Assembly: GCA_043816085.1 (NCBI GenBank)
Contig: JBDRII010000028.1
Coordinates: 1-27,031, forward strand
DNA from: Patescibacteria group bacterium
Lineage (GTDB): Bacteria > Patescibacteriota > Patescibacteriia > UBA9570 > JAHJKD01
Length of the DNA stretch: 27,031 nucleotides
Direction: 5' to 3'
Below the pieces are notes generated by a model. The model searched no databases and was not told where the DNA came from. It saw only the letters and a list, made by a program, of their open reading frames with translations. This document shows positions 26,384 to 27,031 of this stretch, one piece after another. Position 1 is the stretch's first letter. Every line of letters begins with the position of its first letter. The position numbers and the translations under genes are program-made.

Positions 26384-26815
26384 ATGTACAATAAAACATT
26401 AATGGATCATTTCCAAAACCCACGCAACCTAGGCTCTATTAAGAGTCCAGATGGAATTGGCGAAGTTGGCAATCCTACTTGCGGTGATATTATGAAAATT
26501 TACATCAAAGTTGATAAAAATAGGTTAACTGACATCAAATTTGAGACTTTAGGCTGCGGAGCTGCAATTGGCACCTCATCTATGGTAACAGAGCTAGCCA
26601 AGGGTAAAACACTCTCTGAGGCCCTAAAAATATCAAATCAGGACGTAGCCAAGAATTTAGGCGGTTTGCCAATAGTTAAAATGCATTGTTCAAATTTAGC
26701 TGCAGATGCATTACACGTAGCTATTAAAAATTATCAAAATAAGCAAGCTGGTAAAAAGGGAAGTACAAAAAAAATTATTCCACCTTGTTGTAAGAAGTGT
26801 AAAAAAAATAAATAA
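26384..26815 (+). CDS. iscU: Fe-S cluster scaffold protein IscU/NifU-N with a Cys/Lys-rich tail
   Basis: MDHFQNPRN, GNPTCGD, FETLGCGAAI and KMHCSNLA; tail PPCCKKCKKNK. Confidence 0.93.
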   Translation: MYNKTLMDHFQNPRNLGSIKSPDGIGEVGNPTCGDIMKIYIKVDKNRLTDIKFETLGCGAAIGTSSMVTELAKGKTLSEALKISNQDVAKNLGGLPIVKMHCSNLAADALHVAIKNYQNKQAGKKGSTKKIIPPCCKKCKKNK

Positions 26816-26841
26816 CCCCGGAGCCCAGTATCCGGGGTTAT
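26812..26841. terminator. Hairpin after iscU (terminator-like or REP-like)
   Basis: 11-bp inverted repeat ATAACCCCGGA/TCCGGGGTTAT with an 8-nt loop; no clear U-tract on the + strand. Confidence 0.55.
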
Positions 26842-26870
26842 ACTATAAATATAGCCTTATTTAATATATA

Positions 26871-26898
26871 GTGTCGCATAAGATATATTGTACGACAC
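26871..26898. other. dif-like tyrosine recombinase (Xer) site, 11-6-11
   Basis: GTGTCGCATAA-GATATA-TTGTACGACAC. The arms are 9/11 inverted-identical, and the inner left arm CGCATAA and spacer end TATA match E. coli dif (GGTGCGCATAA TGTATA TTATGTTAAAT). Confidence 0.6.
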
Positions 26899-26954
26899 AT
26901 CATATCAATATTCCCCCTTATCTATATATACCTCTAAATAATTATTTTAATTAT

Positions 26955-26977
26955 AATCTCAAGCTTGTCGAGAGATT
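26955..26977. repeat. Short REP-like hairpin AATCTC-AAGCTTGTCGA-GAGATT
   Basis: 6-bp inverted arms; its layout resembles the outer ATCCTGAG...TCGAAGGAT layer at 3163-3224. Confidence 0.4.
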
Positions 26978-27031
26978 CCCTAGTCCACTCTACCCTCTTA
27001 AAAAATTATTTATATAAAATAAAAATAAATT

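Noticed and set aside
1-27031. CRISPR array, tRNA, rRNA, integrase or transposase
   Set aside because: No regularly spaced repeats, cloverleaf or rRNA-like sequence was seen, intergenic gaps are short, and no ORF has recombinase or transposase motifs.
1-27031. TGA recoding (genetic code 25, as in Gracilibacteria/Absconditabacteria)
   Set aside because: Genes are full length under code 11, and TGA ends genes at sensible positions (10287, 14047, 19688).

Overview
AT-rich bacterial chromosomal window, standard genetic code, with almost all genes on the + strand. It is probably from a Patescibacteria/CPR (Parcubacteria/ABY1-like) genome; this is an inference from gene style, the lack of obvious Shine-Dalgarno motifs and the CCTGCCTGCCGGCAGGCAGG-type palindromes. 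The housekeeping backbone is GT4 glycosyltransferase, rarA, holB, an Asp-box lipoprotein, frr, rseP, proS, mreBCD-mrdA, a surface protein, greA, lysS, serS, ddl-alr (minus strand), ftsQ and iscU. The main result is a LysW amino-group-carrier-protein cassette (lysW-lysX-lysY-lysZ-lysJ-lysK) between greA and lysS. The 57-aa lysW is missing from the ORF track. The cassette is preceded by its own sigma70-type promoter, an unannotated 18-codon Lys-containing leader peptide and a full 1:2 / 2:3 / 3:4 attenuator. It has no genes for making alpha-aminoadipate in this window and is translationally coupled to a LysRS carrying a C-terminal HD-hydrolase domain. Other observations: a palindrome inserted in frame into holB as a 3n variant, nested palindromic elements, overlapping divergent promoters predicting near-leaderless ddl and ftsQ mRNAs, a Cys-bracketed acidic insertion in FtsQ, a GPS-like motif in a charge-bipolar surface protein, and a 28-bp dif-like 11-6-11 site. 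All calls come from reading motifs by eye; no database searches or folding programs were run.
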